This document shows, one piece after another, positions 8,960 to 20,488 of a stretch of DNA of 64,000 nucleotides (within the stretch, counting starts at the first letter, position 1; the number at the start of each line of letters is the position of its first letter). This stretch comes from a bacterium. Lineage in GTDB: Bacteria > Bacteroidota > Bacteroidia > Bacteroidales > FEN-979. Under the pieces are notes generated by a model. The model did no database searches and was not told the DNA's origin. It was given only the letters and a program-made list of their open reading frames with translations. Where the stretch lies: positions 6,256-70,255 of the forward strand of contig JBAXDH010000003.1 of the NCBI GenBank assembly GCA_037141055.1, written 5' to 3'. The position numbers were made by a program, and so were the translations under genes.

Positions 8960-10030
8960 TTAAGCGTTTGTTTTCTCAAATTCCTGCATTGCATCCACCA
9001 GCGCCTGGACACTTTCGATTGGCATGGCGTTGTAAACCGAAGCCCTGAATCCGCCAACAGACCTGTGGCCTTTAATTCCGATCATGCCTTTGGTCTTGGA
9101 AAATTCCATGAAGCCTTCTTCCTTGTCCTTGTATTCTTCTTTCATGACAAAGCAGATATTCATCAGTGAGCGGCTTTCCTTTGCAACGGTTCCGACAAAC
9201 ATCCTGCTGTTGTCGATCGCATCATAGAGAAGGTTGGCTTTGGCAATGTTCATCGCTTCAACGGCCTTCACGCCGCCAAGGCTTTTGATCCACCGGAGGG
9301 TCTCCAGGCAGGTATATATTGAGAAAACGGGTGGTGTGTTATACAGGGAGGGTTCCTTGGTATGTGTGGCATAATTAAGCATCGTAGGGATTTTCCGCTC
9401 GGCTTTGCCAAGCATATCTTCCCTGATGATCACAAACGTAACACCGGCAGGGCCCAGGTTTTTTTGAGCGCCGCCATAAATCATGGAATATTTTGAAACG
9501 TCAACCGGGCGGCTCAGAATGTCTGAAGACATGTCTGCAATCAGGGGTACCGGGCAATCCATATCCTGGTGGATTTCGGAGCCATAGATGGTGTTGTTCG
9601 TCGTAATGTGGAAGTAATCAGCATCCGCCGGAATGGTGTATCCCGTGGGGATGTAGCAGAAATTCTTGTCAGCAGAAGATGCCACAACGTCCACCTCGCC
9701 GAAAAACTTAGCTTCTTTGATAGCTTTCTGAGCCCATACGCCTGTTTCCAGGTAAGCCGCCTTCTTATTCAGAAAGTTATAGGGGATCATGCAAAACTGC
9801 AAACTTGCTCCTCCTCCGAGGAAGACCACCTGGTAGCCTGCCGGTATGTTAAGCAGTTCATGAAACAATGCGACTGTTTCGTCGAGGATGGCTTGAAATT
9901 CCTTGCTGCGATGCGAAATTTCAAGCAATGACAAACCAATGCCGTTCAGGTCAAGGATAGCTTTTGCTGAGTTTTCAATGGCAATGCGAGGAAGAATGGA
10001 TGGACCTGCGTTAAAATTGTGCTTTTTCAT
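8960..10030 (-). CDS. serC: 3-phosphoserine aminotransferase
   Basis: 356-aa ORF starting [14 protein letters not shown], with [19 protein letters not shown] (PLP-lysine region) and [10 protein letters not shown]. Confidence 0.93.
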   Translation of the reverse strand: MKKHNFNAGPSILPRIAIENSAKAILDLNGIGLSLLEISHRSKEFQAILDETVALFHELLNIPAGYQVVFLGGGASLQFCMIPYNFLNKKAAYLETGVWAQKAIKEAKFFGEVDVVASSADKNFCYIPTGYTIPADADYFHITTNNTIYGSEIHQDMDCPVPLIADMSSDILSRPVDVSKYSMIYGGAQKNLGPAGVTFVIIREDMLGKAERKIPTMLNYATHTKEPSLYNTPPVFSIYTCLETLRWIKSLGGVKAVEAMNIAKANLLYDAIDNSRMFVGTVAKESRSLMNICFVMKEEYKDKEEGFMEFSKTKGMIGIKGHRSVGGFRASVYNAMPIESVQALVDAMQEFEKTNA

Positions 10031-10143
10031 ATGGAAATAGGTTTAAAATTAGTTCTGAATATTGAGTTTTTGAGGTGTACCAATTATGAAACAAAGTAAA
10101 CAAATTTCATCGTGATTTCAAAAAAAAACATTTCTGTTATTTC

Positions 10144-11049
10144 TTATTTTTTTGATTCAATATTCCCCTGATATACCCACATATGGTTCCTGAAAATAAA
10201 GCCGTCAAAGATGGCACCGTCGGGTACGTAAAACTGGTAGTTTCCCTCCAGCTTCGGATCCAGGGGCACCAGCCTGTCGAAAACTATCATCGGAACATCC
10301 TCGACAGAATAGTCGAAAACCCGTTTTTTGCTGTTCCAGGTTTTATTGGACGCAACGGGTTGTTTCTCATATTTCAGCGACATGGTGGTTGTGGCGGCAA
10401 AGCTGAAAATAATCCGGGTCATTTTCCCGTCATGGAAATCTGGAAAGAGTTTCATTCCAAAATACGGCAAATCCTGATCATTAAAACGGAGCACCTCAAT
10501 CACTTTCCGGGTGACCTGCGGGTTTTTGCCCGCCCAGCCAAGCAGGGTATATATCTTTTCACCTGAAGCTGTCTCGCCGGGGATTACCTTATAATATAGG
10601 GCTCCATACCACTGTTTACATCCAAGGATTGCAGTATCCGGTAAATCAATTGAATCCGATCTGTCAGCCAGCGGGTATACCAGGGGCGGATTATGGCCGA
10701 GAATTTTGATAAACCCGAAGTAGTGGTGCCTGCCTTCATCGGTCGGCAGGTTCCAGTGAAAGATCCTGAATTTATGATCGGGCGATGTAATTTTACCGAG
10801 TGATCTCAGCGAATCGAACGGGTAGCTGTCGGCAGCAGGGAGTTTGATCAATTCAAGCATGTTTTCAGCAAAAACCCGGTTAAGTGCCTGCTTCACGCTG
10901 TCATTTTCGGCCCTGTTAAGGGAAGCCAGCACGGCAACGAGGGTGTCCTCAGCCTGTTTGATGCTTTCAAAGCGCTGTCCTGAAACAGTTCCGCACATCC
11001 ATGGAATGAACAGGAGTAATAATAGAGAAAACAGCAATCTGGATTTCAT
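10144..11049 (-). CDS. Secreted protein of unknown function
   Basis: 301-aa ORF with an N-terminal signal peptide (MKSRLLFSLLLLLFIPWMCGTVSG). I recognise no catalytic motif. Confidence 0.6.
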   Translation of the reverse strand: MKSRLLFSLLLLLFIPWMCGTVSGQRFESIKQAEDTLVAVLASLNRAENDSVKQALNRVFAENMLELIKLPAADSYPFDSLRSLGKITSPDHKFRIFHWNLPTDEGRHHYFGFIKILGHNPPLVYPLADRSDSIDLPDTAILGCKQWYGALYYKVIPGETASGEKIYTLLGWAGKNPQVTRKVIEVLRFNDQDLPYFGMKLFPDFHDGKMTRIIFSFAATTTMSLKYEKQPVASNKTWNSKKRVFDYSVEDVPMIVFDRLVPLDPKLEGNYQFYVPDGAIFDGFIFRNHMWVYQGNIESKK

Positions 11050-11178
11050 TTCTGTCTGGATTTATGAACCGGAAAACGGCCCTGCAAACAGCACAAAGGT
11101 AATTACAAAGAGACAGATGGTAAAGGAAAAGCCGGCTAATTCGATGGTAAAGATTAAACCGGCTTCAGATTAATGATT

Positions 11179-11186
11179 TACATTTG
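11179..11186 (+). promoter_or_regulatory. Bacteroidota -7 promoter box TACATTTG
   Basis: Matches the TAnnTTTG consensus of Bacteroidota sigma-A promoters. It lies 19 nt upstream of the ATG at 11205. Confidence 0.45.
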
Positions 11187-11204
11187 CAAAATAATAAAAG
11201 GAAC

Positions 11205-12251
11205 ATGAACCTGGATAGCCGGATACAGTCATTTGAGATGCTCGGGGAAAAACTACGGAGGTACCGCGAGGATGTTGACGATCCCGGCATGGCATCGCTC
11301 ACTGAGGCGGCTCGCCAGGCTTTCATGCGAAATCCATGGTTCACGCCTGAACTTATCCGGATTGCGCTCAATAACCTGGGAAAGGCCCTGGAAAGCGAAA
11401 ATCTTGACAGATGGCTGGCTCCTTATAAAACAAGGATCGAAGGTTTAACCGGGCAGAAAACCATCGGTGTCGTGATGGCCGGCAACATCCCTGCGGTGGG
11501 TTTTCATGACTTCCTGTGCGTCCTGATGGCAGGCCACAAAATTATTGCAAAACTTTCTGCGTCCGACGATCAGTTGCTGCCCGCCATGGCCGGCATTTTG
11601 ACGGACTTTATGCCCGGATGGCAGGAAATGATCTCATTTACAAGCGGGAAGCTTGAAAATTTTGATGCGATCATTGCGACTGGCAGTACGAACACGTCGC
11701 GGTATTTCGAGTTTTACTTTGGCAAATATCCGCACATCATCCGGAAGAGCAGGAACAGCATTGCGGTTCTCAGCGGAAAAGAAAACCCGCAGGAACTGCA
11801 GCTCGTTGCTGACGATATCATGCTGTTTTTCGGAATGGGATGCCGGAGCATTTCGAAAATATTCGTACCGTCGGGATATGATTTTTCAACACTGATCCAG
11901 GCGCTTGGCAGGTATGCCGGTTATGAACACCACAACAAATACCGGAACAATTATGATTATGTGAAATCAATATTCCTGGTTGGCCAGGTACCATTTACCG
12001 ACACGGGTTTTCTGATTCTGAAGGAAGATCCTTCCATTCATTCGAGGATAGCCGTGCTGCATTACGAATATTATTCCACACCGGCTGAAGTCGTTCGGAG
12101 CCTGCGTGAAAATGAGGAATCGATACAATGCATTACCAGCACCATGGAACTGCCGGTTGATTACCTGGGCCCGGGGAAGGGGCAAAATCCGGCATTGTGG
12201 GATTATGCCGACCGGACTGATACCATGGATTTTTTACTTTCTTTGACCTGA
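11205..12251 (+). CDS. LuxC-like acyl-CoA reductase family protein
   Basis: IGVVMAGNIPAVGFHDFLCVLMAGHKIIAKLSASD resembles the conserved core of the roughly 350-aa Bacteroidota acyl-CoA reductase (LuxC) family. The ORF-track start at 11184 is a TTG inside the promoter box, so I use ATG 11205. Confidence 0.7.
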   Translation: MNLDSRIQSFEMLGEKLRRYREDVDDPGMASLTEAARQAFMRNPWFTPELIRIALNNLGKALESENLDRWLAPYKTRIEGLTGQKTIGVVMAGNIPAVGFHDFLCVLMAGHKIIAKLSASDDQLLPAMAGILTDFMPGWQEMISFTSGKLENFDAIIATGSTNTSRYFEFYFGKYPHIIRKSRNSIAVLSGKENPQELQLVADDIMLFFGMGCRSISKIFVPSGYDFSTLIQALGRYAGYEHHNKYRNNYDYVKSIFLVGQVPFTDTGFLILKEDPSIHSRIAVLHYEYYSTPAEVVRSLRENEESIQCITSTMELPVDYLGPGKGQNPALWDYADRTDTMDFLLSLT

Positions 12252-12286
12252 TTGGAAAAAATCTTTGGAAATCAATTAAAAATCCT

Positions 12287-12294
12287 TAATTTTG
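12287..12294 (+). promoter_or_regulatory. Bacteroidota -7 promoter box TAATTTTG with upstream TTTG
   Basis: TAnnTTTG match, with a TTTG at 12264-12267 (19-bp spacing, consistent with a -33 element). It lies upstream of rpmE2. Confidence 0.5.
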
Positions 12295-12320
12295 CACCCT
12301 CATAAAAAATACCACTTGCA

Positions 12321-12590
12321 ATGAAAAAAGATATTCATCCGAAAGACTACAGACTGGTTGTATTCAAAGATATGTCAAACGAATACACTTTTCTTTCGAA
12401 ATCAACGGTAAAAACAAAGGAAACCATCGTATTTGAAGACGGCGTTGAGTATCCGTTAATCAAACTGGAAATTTCCCACACTTCGCATCCTTTCTATACC
12501 GGCAAAATGAAACTGGTTGATACGGCTGGTCGTGTTGATAAATTCAAAAGCAGGTACCAGAAACATATTGACATGAACGCCGCGAAATAA
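12321..12590 (+). CDS. rpmE2: 50S ribosomal protein L31, type B
   Basis: 89-aa ORF starting [10 protein letters not shown] with SHPFYTGK. It lacks the CxxC zinc motif, which marks it as type B. Confidence 0.93.
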   Translation: MKKDIHPKDYRLVVFKDMSNEYTFLSKSTVKTKETIVFEDGVEYPLIKLEISHTSHPFYTGKMKLVDTAGRVDKFKSRYQKHIDMNAAK

Positions 12591-12613
12591 GCCGGTTTAA
12601 TAATATTCTGCAA

Positions 12614-12648
12614 AGAGCCACCGTTATTAACGGGAGGCTCTTTTTTTT
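12614..12648 (+). terminator. Rho-independent terminator after rpmE2
   Basis: Hairpin AGAGCC-A-CCG [TTATTAA] CGG-GA-GGCTCT followed by T8. Confidence 0.7.
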
Positions 12649-12662
12649 ATTTGTTTTTTTTC

Positions 12663-12670
12663 TACTTTTG
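12663..12670 (+). promoter_or_regulatory. Bacteroidota -7 promoter box TACTTTTG
   Basis: TAnnTTTG match 47 nt upstream of the ATG at 12717. Confidence 0.45.
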
Positions 12671-12716
12671 CATATGATAACCTGTGATAAACTCTTTGAA
12701 ATAATTCTGCCTTGAA

Positions 12717-13907
12717 ATGAATTACATTCTCTTCGATGAAAACATTGTACGGACAAACCTGCTGCCTCTGACCTTTACGCGGCCTGTCTCCGACATCCGG
12801 ATCGGGATCCTGACGATCAGGGAGAAGTGGGAAAAACGCCTGAAAGCTTCGACGTCATCCCTCACCGACAGCTACCTCAGCGCCAAATATCCCATTGTCA
12901 AAATGGCTGAGAACGTCCTCATCAACGGTTCGATCTGCCCCAATGATGAAATTATTGCAGCGGTAAAAAACCTGAAACCAAACCAGACGGTGGTATACAA
13001 TGACACCATCATTGCCCTTCATGTAACTGCTGAAGAACTTGACAACATCGGCGAAGCATCTTCACAGGGCATCGAAGAGATCCAGATGTCGGCTGCGCCT
13101 TTAAAGATCAGCCACACATGGGAGATTTTTTCCAAAAATGACCTGGCCCTGCGCGAAGATTTTGCGCTTCTGACAAAAGGCAGGAAATCGCAAAAGTTAA
13201 GCGACACCAACAGGGTCGCCGGAGCTGAAAATATTTTCGTTGAAAAAGGTGCATCTGTTGAATTTGCCATTCTCAACGGATCCACCGGACCGATCTACAT
13301 CGGCAAGGACGCAGAAATAATGGAAGGAACGGTTATCCGTGGCCCCTTTGCACTTTGCGAACATGCACAGGTGAAAATGTCGGCCAAAATATACGGCGCG
13401 ACAACCATTGGTCCTTACTGCAGGGTTGGCGGCGAAATCAACAATTCAGTGCTGCTGGGCTACTCAAATAAAGCCCACGACGGATTCCTCGGACATTCGG
13501 TGATCGGGGAGTGGTGCAACCTCGGCGCAGACACAAATACTTCGAACCTGAAAAACACCTATGACCATGTGCGCCTCTGGAGCTATGGCAAGCAAACATT
13601 TGTGAACACCCACCTGCAATTCTGCGGGCTGATCATGGGCGACCATTCCAAATGCGCGATCAACACCATGTTCAACACTGGGACAGTCGTGGGGGTAAGT
13701 GCGAACATTTTCGGTCCGGGGTTCCAGCGAAACTTTATACCCTCCTTTACATGGGGAGGTACTTCCGGTCACACCAATTACACCATTAAAAAGGCAATGG
13801 AGGTTGCCGAAATCGTGTTTAAACGACGCGGCCGCACTTTTGATGAAATTGAAAGGGACCTCCTGACAAACGTCTACACCCTGACACTAAAAAACAAGTA
13901 CCTTTAG
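12717..13907 (+). CDS. GlmU-family sugar-nucleotidyltransferase-like protein with left-handed beta-helix domain
   Basis: 396-aa ORF. The N-terminus MNYILFDE...LLPLTFTRPVSDIRIGILTIREKWE is typical of the Bacteroidota putative sugar nucleotidyl transferase family. The C-terminal half shows hexapeptide-repeat character (IGKDAEIMEGTVI, IGPYCRVGGEI, IGEWCNLGADT). Confidence 0.7.
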   Translation: MNYILFDENIVRTNLLPLTFTRPVSDIRIGILTIREKWEKRLKASTSSLTDSYLSAKYPIVKMAENVLINGSICPNDEIIAAVKNLKPNQTVVYNDTIIALHVTAEELDNIGEASSQGIEEIQMSAAPLKISHTWEIFSKNDLALREDFALLTKGRKSQKLSDTNRVAGAENIFVEKGASVEFAILNGSTGPIYIGKDAEIMEGTVIRGPFALCEHAQVKMSAKIYGATTIGPYCRVGGEINNSVLLGYSNKAHDGFLGHSVIGEWCNLGADTNTSNLKNTYDHVRLWSYGKQTFVNTHLQFCGLIMGDHSKCAINTMFNTGTVVGVSANIFGPGFQRNFIPSFTWGGTSGHTNYTIKKAMEVAEIVFKRRGRTFDEIERDLLTNVYTLTLKNKYL

Positions 13908-14013
13908 AGGGTTAACAACAATTTCGTGGCACATTTATTGTCATACCTGCTTCCTCTGAAACCCTTCGGAAGAAGCGGTTAATTTGACATATTGAATTTT
14001 TATAAAGAATCTG

Positions 14014-16467
14014 ATGGAGCATAACGCACTCATGTTTTCCGATCTGATTGATTCGGAAACCGAATTTATACCTTTATTGTCTTCGGAAGACGAAGAGGCA
14101 ATGAACACCGAGGAAGTTCCCGAGGTATTGCCCATTCTTCCGTTACGAAATACAGTCCTTTTTCCCGGTGTTGTCATCCCTATAACCGTTGGCCGCGACA
14201 AGTCAATTAAACTCATCCGTGAATTCTACAAGGGAAGCCGCATCATCGGCGTTGTTGCCCAGAGAGATGCAAGCGTCGAAGATCCCGAGTTTGCGGACCT
14301 GAACCAGATAGGGACCGTTGCCTACATCATTAAGATCCTCCAGATGCCTGACGGAAGCAACACAGCCATCATCCAGGGAAAGCGCCGCTTTGCGATCAGG
14401 GAAATGATCCAGGCCGAGCCTTACATCATGGCCAGCGTTGAAGCATTCGAGGCCCCGGTGGTCATCCCGGCAGACAACGGAGAATTCAGCGCGCTGATCG
14501 CCTCCCTGAAAGACCTGGCAGTTCAGATCATTGCCAAATCTCCCAACATCCCGTCTGAAGCAGCTTTCGCCATAAAAAACATTGAATCTCCGTCATTCCT
14601 GGTGCATTTTATTTCATCAAATCTGAATGTCGATCTCATCGAGAAACAAAAACTTCTTGAAGTATCCGACCTGGCTGAATGTGCCAACCTTGTGCTTACG
14701 CTGCTCACTAAAGAATTGCAGGTGGCAGACCTGAAACAACAGATTCAGAACAAGGTGAAAACGGACATGGACAAGCAGCAGCGTGATTTTTTGCTTAACC
14801 AGCAGTTGAAGACCATCCAGGAAGAGTTGGGAGGCAGCCCGAATTCGCAGGAAATCAATGCACTTCGGGAACAGGCAAAGGATAAGAAATGGTCGAAAGA
14901 GGTTTCCGATGTTTTTGAAAAAGAGATGAACAAACTCCAGCGGATGCATCCGATGGCGGCAGAATACTCCATTCAGACCAACTACCTTGAAACGCTCGTG
15001 CAACTTCCCTGGGGAGAGTTGACACCGGACAACCTTGACCTGCATCATGCCCAGCAGATACTCGATGAGGATCATTTTGGCCTTGAAAAAGTAAAAGAGC
15101 GCATCATTGAGCACCTGGCGGTTATTAAACTGAAGCGTGACTTTAAATCGCCGATTTTATGCCTTGTAGGTCCTCCGGGGGTCGGGAAAACTTCGCTGGG
15201 CAAAAGCATTGCCCGGGCACTGGGACGGAAATATACGAGAATGTCGCTGGGCGGCCTTCGCGACGAATCGGAATTGAGGGGACACCGCAAAACCTACATC
15301 GGGGCTATGCCCGGCAGGATCTTGCAAAGCCTGAAAAAGACGAAATCATCGAACCCGGTCTTTGTACTGGATGAAATCGACAAGGTGCTTGGGATGAACA
15401 TCAACGGGGATCCTCAGGCGGCATTGCTTGAAGTGCTTGATCCTGAGCAGAACAGCACTTTTTACGACAATTACCTTGAAATAGAATATGATCTCTCGAG
15501 GATCATGTTCATCGCCACGGCAAACACCCTGAGCACCATCCATCCGGCGTTGCGCGACAGGATGGAAATCATCGATATCCCTGGATACCTGATTGAAGAG
15601 AAGGTTGAGATTGCCAAACGGCATCTGTTGCCAAAGCAATTCCTGGATCATGGGATTAAAAAAAACCAGCTTCAGTTCAGCGACGAACTTATTAAAAAAA
15701 TAATTGAGGATTACACCCGCGAATCAGGTGTAAGGACGCTTGAAAAAGGCATTGCCAAAGTCATCCGAAGCAAAGTGATCGCCATTGTTTCAAATGAAAA
15801 GTTCGGCAAAAAACTGGATGTGGCTGATCTCAAGAAAATCATGGGGATCCCGATTTTTCAAGCCGACAAATACATTACCAACGAGGTTGCAGGAGTTGTA
15901 ACAGGGCTGGCCTGGACCATGGCCGGCGGCGAAATTCTGTTCGTCGAAGTCAGCCTGAGCAGGGGCAAAGGGGAACTCACGTTAACCGGGAACCTGGGCG
16001 ACGTCATGAAAGAATCAGCCTCCATCGCACTTGCATATCTTAAAGCACATTCCCCAGTTTTTGGCATCGACCCGGATGTATTTCAGAACTGGAGCGTACA
16101 TATCCACGTGCCGGAAGGAGCAACGCCAAAAGACGGCCCCTCGGCGGGCATCACCATGTTTACAGCCCTTGCATCGGCATTTACCCAGTTCAAAGTTCGT
16201 GAAAGGCTTGCCATGACAGGCGAAATCACCCTTCGCGGAAAAGTCCTTCCCGTGGGAGGAATCAAGGAAAAGATGCTTGCAGCAAGGCGTGCAAACCTTA
16301 CAGACATTATTCTTTCGAAGGAAAATAAAAAGGACATCGAAGAGATAAAAGCGGAGTATATCCAGGGACTTACATTCCATTACATTGATGAAATGCAGGA
16401 AATCAAAGATCTTGCGCTGCTTCCCGAGAAAGTCAAAAACCCTCTGAACCTGGACTACAAGAAGTAA
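14014..16467 (+). CDS. lon: ATP-dependent Lon protease (endopeptidase La)
   Basis: 817-aa ORF with Walker [10 protein letters not shown], Walker [10 protein letters not shown], and the catalytic serine motif [11 protein letters not shown]. Confidence 0.97.
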   Translation: MEHNALMFSDLIDSETEFIPLLSSEDEEAMNTEEVPEVLPILPLRNTVLFPGVVIPITVGRDKSIKLIREFYKGSRIIGVVAQRDASVEDPEFADLNQIGTVAYIIKILQMPDGSNTAIIQGKRRFAIREMIQAEPYIMASVEAFEAPVVIPADNGEFSALIASLKDLAVQIIAKSPNIPSEAAFAIKNIESPSFLVHFISSNLNVDLIEKQKLLEVSDLAECANLVLTLLTKELQVADLKQQIQNKVKTDMDKQQRDFLLNQQLKTIQEELGGSPNSQEINALREQAKDKKWSKEVSDVFEKEMNKLQRMHPMAAEYSIQTNYLETLVQLPWGELTPDNLDLHHAQQILDEDHFGLEKVKERIIEHLAVIKLKRDFKSPILCLVGPPGVGKTSLGKSIARALGRKYTRMSLGGLRDESELRGHRKTYIGAMPGRILQSLKKTKSSNPVFVLDEIDKVLGMNINGDPQAALLEVLDPEQNSTFYDNYLEIEYDLSRIMFIATANTLSTIHPALRDRMEIIDIPGYLIEEKVEIAKRHLLPKQFLDHGIKKNQLQFSDELIKKIIEDYTRESGVRTLEKGIAKVIRSKVIAIVSNEKFGKKLDVADLKKIMGIPIFQADKYITNEVAGVVTGLAWTMAGGEILFVEVSLSRGKGELTLTGNLGDVMKESASIALAYLKAHSPVFGIDPDVFQNWSVHIHVPEGATPKDGPSAGITMFTALASAFTQFKVRERLAMTGEITLRGKVLPVGGIKEKMLAARRANLTDIILSKENKKDIEEIKAEYIQGLTFHYIDEMQEIKDLALLPEKVKNPLNLDYKK

Positions 16468-16472
16468 AGCCG

Positions 16473-18419
16473 TTATTTGACCAGCAGCATTCTTTTGGTT
16501 TCGACAAAGGTTCCCGCTTCCATTTTCAGGAAACAGACACCGGGTGAAAATCCTTCATTGACCCATTCAAACCTGTATGAGCCGGGAACATGCATCCGGC
16601 TGACGGGGCGGTTCATCATTTTGCCGTTGCTGTCATATACGGATATGGTCACCATTTCTCTTACCAGCACTTCGTATGAGACCACGGTGCTGTTCCGGAA
16701 AGGATTCGGTTCGTTCTGTTTCAGGACAAATCCGCTGCTGCCCGGAATCTTCTTTACATTGTAAATGGTTGCCGCCTGCTTCAGCAGGATGTTGCGAAAC
16801 GGGTCAAACACGACATCAACTGGCTTTTTGGAAAACACAAATCCATATTCCTGGTGGTTTGTCTCATTCGCCACCCGGATGGTTGTATCCGTGGCATCTG
16901 TAAAAACGAACTTCAGCTGAACAGGCATCCTGAAGAACTCCGGGTTTGCCTGGGTCTGGGTTATGATGAATGAAACCCGCCATGAATTCCCGTCCAGACT
17001 GTCGATATCAAAAGTGTTTTGATAAACCGGGTGATTTGGTGCGTAAACCCAGTCATCGAAAAACCAGTCGAGATTTTGCCCGGAAGCCTGGCTGGCTTTT
17101 GCGGCAAAATCGTGTGTCATGGCATTTTTAAACATGAAGTTCGGGTCGGTTGCATAATCGTGCATGACTTTAAAGAACAAACTGTCACCCAGAACGTATC
17201 GTAACTGAAACAGCACACAGGCTCCCTTGTTATAGGAAATGGCCTGGTTGTATAGCGTGTTGCCATTCGGCGTATGAATGGCCCATTCGGGATGATACAG
17301 CGGCCAACCCGGGTTATGCGCAAGGTAATAATTCGCAAGAGCGTTCATGCTGGTCTTGTAGGCATCAAATCCTGAGGCATGTTCAACCCACAAATTCTGG
17401 CAATAGGTTCCGAAACCTTCATTCAGCCAAACGTCGGCCCAGGTTCCGCAGGTAATCAGGTCGCCGAACCACTGGTGGGAATGTTCATGGGCGATGAGGC
17501 TGGCATCGCTGTAGCCTCCGGGCATCAGGTTCACCATGCTTTGGTTTTCCATACCGCCCCATGGGAAGGACCCGTTCAGGGTTGCGAATCCGATTTTTTC
17601 AAAAGGATAGTCCCCGAATTTTTCTGAGAAGAAATTCGTGAGCGGTCCGATCGTGCTGTCGGCAATGACAAGGCTTTCGCCGGCTTTGTAGTATAGGCGG
17701 ACCGGGATGCTGTCGTTGTAGTCCGACAATTTGTGCCAGAATTTCGTGTGAATCTGGAAATTCATGGCTGATGTAAACGTAATCAGGTAGGTCGAAACCG
17801 GGATATTGCTGATCCAATGGTAGCTGATTGTATCTGCAGAAATGGTAGAGTCGGCCAGTACCCCGGTTGATCCAAGGCGGACATTGAGCGGAACACGGGC
17901 ATTCAATTCCCAGGATGCTTTGTCGGAGGGCCGGTCCCAGCATGGGAGCCATTTCCTGGCTCCTTCTGGTGGCGAATCGGTAAAGACAAAGCCGGAAGAA
18001 ACATAAAATCCATTATCAAAGTTATTTTTATGCTGGTAGCATATTTTGACATTCACTATTTCGCCGGGCTGATACGTCCTGTCGAGTGCAATCGTCAGCA
18101 CATTCACCAGGTGCGTGAAGGAGGTGCCTGCCATACTGACAGAATCGATGGCAAGTGAAGGTGTGTTGGCGTTAAGCTGAATGGAATTCAAGGTTGAATC
18201 AACTCTGAAAGTGATTATGGCTTTGGCCTGGAATGTCTTCGGAAACGGAGTCTTGAAACACTGGTACAAATTAATGTCCAGTTTGTATTTCAGCACATCG
18301 AAACTGTGTTTGGTGTAATAGTGAGCGGTGTCATCGGGGGTTAACCCTGCCGGTGATGCGAAAACACCCGTTGTTGCCGACATTAACAGCAACGAAAGGA
18401 AAATGAAACGCGTCTTCAT
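16473..18419 (-). CDS. M1-family aminopeptidase with T9SS C-terminal sorting domain
   Basis: Signal peptide, GGMEN exopeptidase motif, and HEHSHQWFGD...WLNEGF (HEXXH-18-E). The C-terminal roughly 80 aa (NEPNPFRNSTVVSYEV...CFLKMEAGTFVETKRMLLVK) look like a type A T9SS CTD. Confidence 0.92.
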   Translation of the reverse strand: MKTRFIFLSLLLMSATTGVFASPAGLTPDDTAHYYTKHSFDVLKYKLDINLYQCFKTPFPKTFQAKAIITFRVDSTLNSIQLNANTPSLAIDSVSMAGTSFTHLVNVLTIALDRTYQPGEIVNVKICYQHKNNFDNGFYVSSGFVFTDSPPEGARKWLPCWDRPSDKASWELNARVPLNVRLGSTGVLADSTISADTISYHWISNIPVSTYLITFTSAMNFQIHTKFWHKLSDYNDSIPVRLYYKAGESLVIADSTIGPLTNFFSEKFGDYPFEKIGFATLNGSFPWGGMENQSMVNLMPGGYSDASLIAHEHSHQWFGDLITCGTWADVWLNEGFGTYCQNLWVEHASGFDAYKTSMNALANYYLAHNPGWPLYHPEWAIHTPNGNTLYNQAISYNKGACVLFQLRYVLGDSLFFKVMHDYATDPNFMFKNAMTHDFAAKASQASGQNLDWFFDDWVYAPNHPVYQNTFDIDSLDGNSWRVSFIITQTQANPEFFRMPVQLKFVFTDATDTTIRVANETNHQEYGFVFSKKPVDVVFDPFRNILLKQAATIYNVKKIPGSSGFVLKQNEPNPFRNSTVVSYEVLVREMVTISVYDSNGKMMNRPVSRMHVPGSYRFEWVNEGFSPGVCFLKMEAGTFVETKRMLLVK

Positions 18420-20417
18420 TTATTTAATTATGATCAGCTTTTCAACCCGGACCGTATTCCCGGCAGTAAGCCTGTACAGGTATGTACCGGCTGGCAGGCC
18501 CGAGCAATCGAGGTTTACCTCATATTTTCCGGCCGGCTGGAATGAATCTTTCAGTTGCATCAGGCTGATGCCCAGCAGGTCGGTCACCTCCAGCCTGATC
18601 TTCATGGGCTGATCAACCTGGTAACTTATCTGTGTCATGTTCGACACAGGGTTGGGATAGTTCTGCGAAAGGATCACATGTTCAACTGCGGAACTGTTCT
18701 CATCGAGGCCAACGATGGTGCTTCCGCCCTTCAACACAATCTGCCTGTCGGGGTCAAACTGGAAAAAGACCGGCTGTTTGCCGAATGTCCAGGAGAATGA
18801 CTGGTAATTAACATCATTCATGATTCTGAGCGTCGTATCGGTTGCATCGATAAACCTGACAATGACTTCCACTGGCATTTTGAAGAACGTGGCGTTGGTT
18901 TGAACCTGTTTCATGTAGAAATTGACATTCCACTGGTTGTTTCCCAAACTTTGAAAATTATAGGTATTCTGGTAAACGGGATGGTTCGGCTGGAAGATCC
19001 ATTCATTAAAAAACCAGTTGTAATCGGCACCGGTCACGAGGTTGACCTTCGCATTGAAGTCGGAGATCGTGGCGGAATGGAATTTCAGGGTAGTATCTGC
19101 ACAATAAGCCTGGAGTGTCTGAAAGAAGAGGGCATCACCAAGGACATAACGCAATTGATGGAGCACGCAGGCGCCTTTCGCATATGTTATTGCATAATTA
19201 AAGAGAACATTGACCGACGGGGTCGTTACAGCCCATGCCGGATCGGAGATTGCCCATCCTGGGTTGTTTGAAAGGTAATCGTTTGCATCGGCGTTTATAT
19301 CCGCTTTGTAAGCAGCATACCCGCCGTAGCTTTCATACCAGAATCCTTCCGTCCAGGTGGCAAAACCTTCATTGAGCCATATGTCAGCCCATGTGCTGCA
19401 GGTGATCATATCGCCAAACCACTGGTGCGCGTACTCATGCGCTGCGAGACCCTCAGCCCAGCAGTTGGTGCAAAGGCTGGTGAGTGTCTGGTTTTCCATG
19501 CCTCCCCATGCAAAGTCGGAGTTAAGAGTAGCGAAACCGTTTTTTTCAAACGGGTGTTCGATGAAGTTTTGTGAGTACCAGGTCGTCATGGCCGGCAGGA
19601 TTGCCATGACGGGTGCCGGGTTTTCTCCCAGGTTAAAATAAAACCTAAGCGGGATGCTGTCGGCCGGGTTGCTCAGTTTGTGCCACCATGCAATGTTCAA
19701 CTGGTAATTCACTTTGGAAGTAATGACCATGAGGTACGTCGCGACATTCTGATCTGAAACCCAGTGATATGTAAGAAAATCACCAGCCAGTGTGGAATCG
19801 GCAAGGCGGCCGTTGGAACCGAGTCTCACATTCGCCTTTACCGTGGCAGTCAGGTCAAACAGGGCTTTATCCGAAGGCTGGTCCCAGCATGGAAACCATT
19901 TGCGGGCACCTTCCGGCTCACAATCCGTGAATACGGTTCCTGTGTTTACATAAAATGCATAATCCTGGACATCCTTATGGCGATAGTAAATTTTTACGCT
20001 TGTGGCTTCACCCGCGTTGTAAGTACGGTTAAGCTGGATGCGCAGGGTATCCGCAGTTTGAGTGAATGCGATCCCTGAAAGCCTTACAGAATCAATGATG
20101 AGTGAAAAATTCTCCGCATTGAGTTTGATCGAATTCAATGCAGAATTCACTTTAAAGTTAACCAGTACGGAACCTGAAAAGTTTTTTGGATATGGTGCCG
20201 AATAGCAATTGTACAGATCGACATTCATCGTGTATTTTATGACGTCAAACGTATGCACCGGGCCTGATTTCAGGCTCATCGGCTGACGTGTCGCCGGCTG
20301 GGAACCCGCCTTTTTCATGGCGCAATATGCTGAACCTTTCATGGCTGAAAAATCCTGGGCCTGCGAAAACATCATCAATAAAAGGAATAGCATTGCAAGG
20401 GCAGAGCGGTGTTTCAT
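18420..20417 (-). CDS. M1-family aminopeptidase with T9SS C-terminal sorting domain (tandem paralog)
   Basis: GGMEN and HEYAHQWFGD...WLNEGF motifs, with C-terminus NYPNPVSNMTQISYQV...YLYRLTAGNTVRVEKLIIIK. Start set at ATG 20417 (MKHRSALAMLFLLL). Its stop codon at 18420-18422 directly abuts the ATG of the downstream paralog at 18419. Confidence 0.92.
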   Translation of the reverse strand: MKHRSALAMLFLLLMMFSQAQDFSAMKGSAYCAMKKAGSQPATRQPMSLKSGPVHTFDVIKYTMNVDLYNCYSAPYPKNFSGSVLVNFKVNSALNSIKLNAENFSLIIDSVRLSGIAFTQTADTLRIQLNRTYNAGEATSVKIYYRHKDVQDYAFYVNTGTVFTDCEPEGARKWFPCWDQPSDKALFDLTATVKANVRLGSNGRLADSTLAGDFLTYHWVSDQNVATYLMVITSKVNYQLNIAWWHKLSNPADSIPLRFYFNLGENPAPVMAILPAMTTWYSQNFIEHPFEKNGFATLNSDFAWGGMENQTLTSLCTNCWAEGLAAHEYAHQWFGDMITCSTWADIWLNEGFATWTEGFWYESYGGYAAYKADINADANDYLSNNPGWAISDPAWAVTTPSVNVLFNYAITYAKGACVLHQLRYVLGDALFFQTLQAYCADTTLKFHSATISDFNAKVNLVTGADYNWFFNEWIFQPNHPVYQNTYNFQSLGNNQWNVNFYMKQVQTNATFFKMPVEVIVRFIDATDTTLRIMNDVNYQSFSWTFGKQPVFFQFDPDRQIVLKGGSTIVGLDENSSAVEHVILSQNYPNPVSNMTQISYQVDQPMKIRLEVTDLLGISLMQLKDSFQPAGKYEVNLDCSGLPAGTYLYRLTAGNTVRVEKLIIIK

Positions 20418-20471
20418 GGAATTTAGTTTTAAATAGTGAAAGAATGACAAAATTACTTGTTTTTTTCTGAT

Positions 20472-20479
20472 ATTTTTGC
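20472..20479 (+). promoter_or_regulatory. Bacteroidota -7 promoter box TATTTTTG
   Basis: TAnnTTTG match 10 nt upstream of the ATG at 20489. Confidence 0.4.
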
Positions 20480-20488
20480 GCTGCCCTT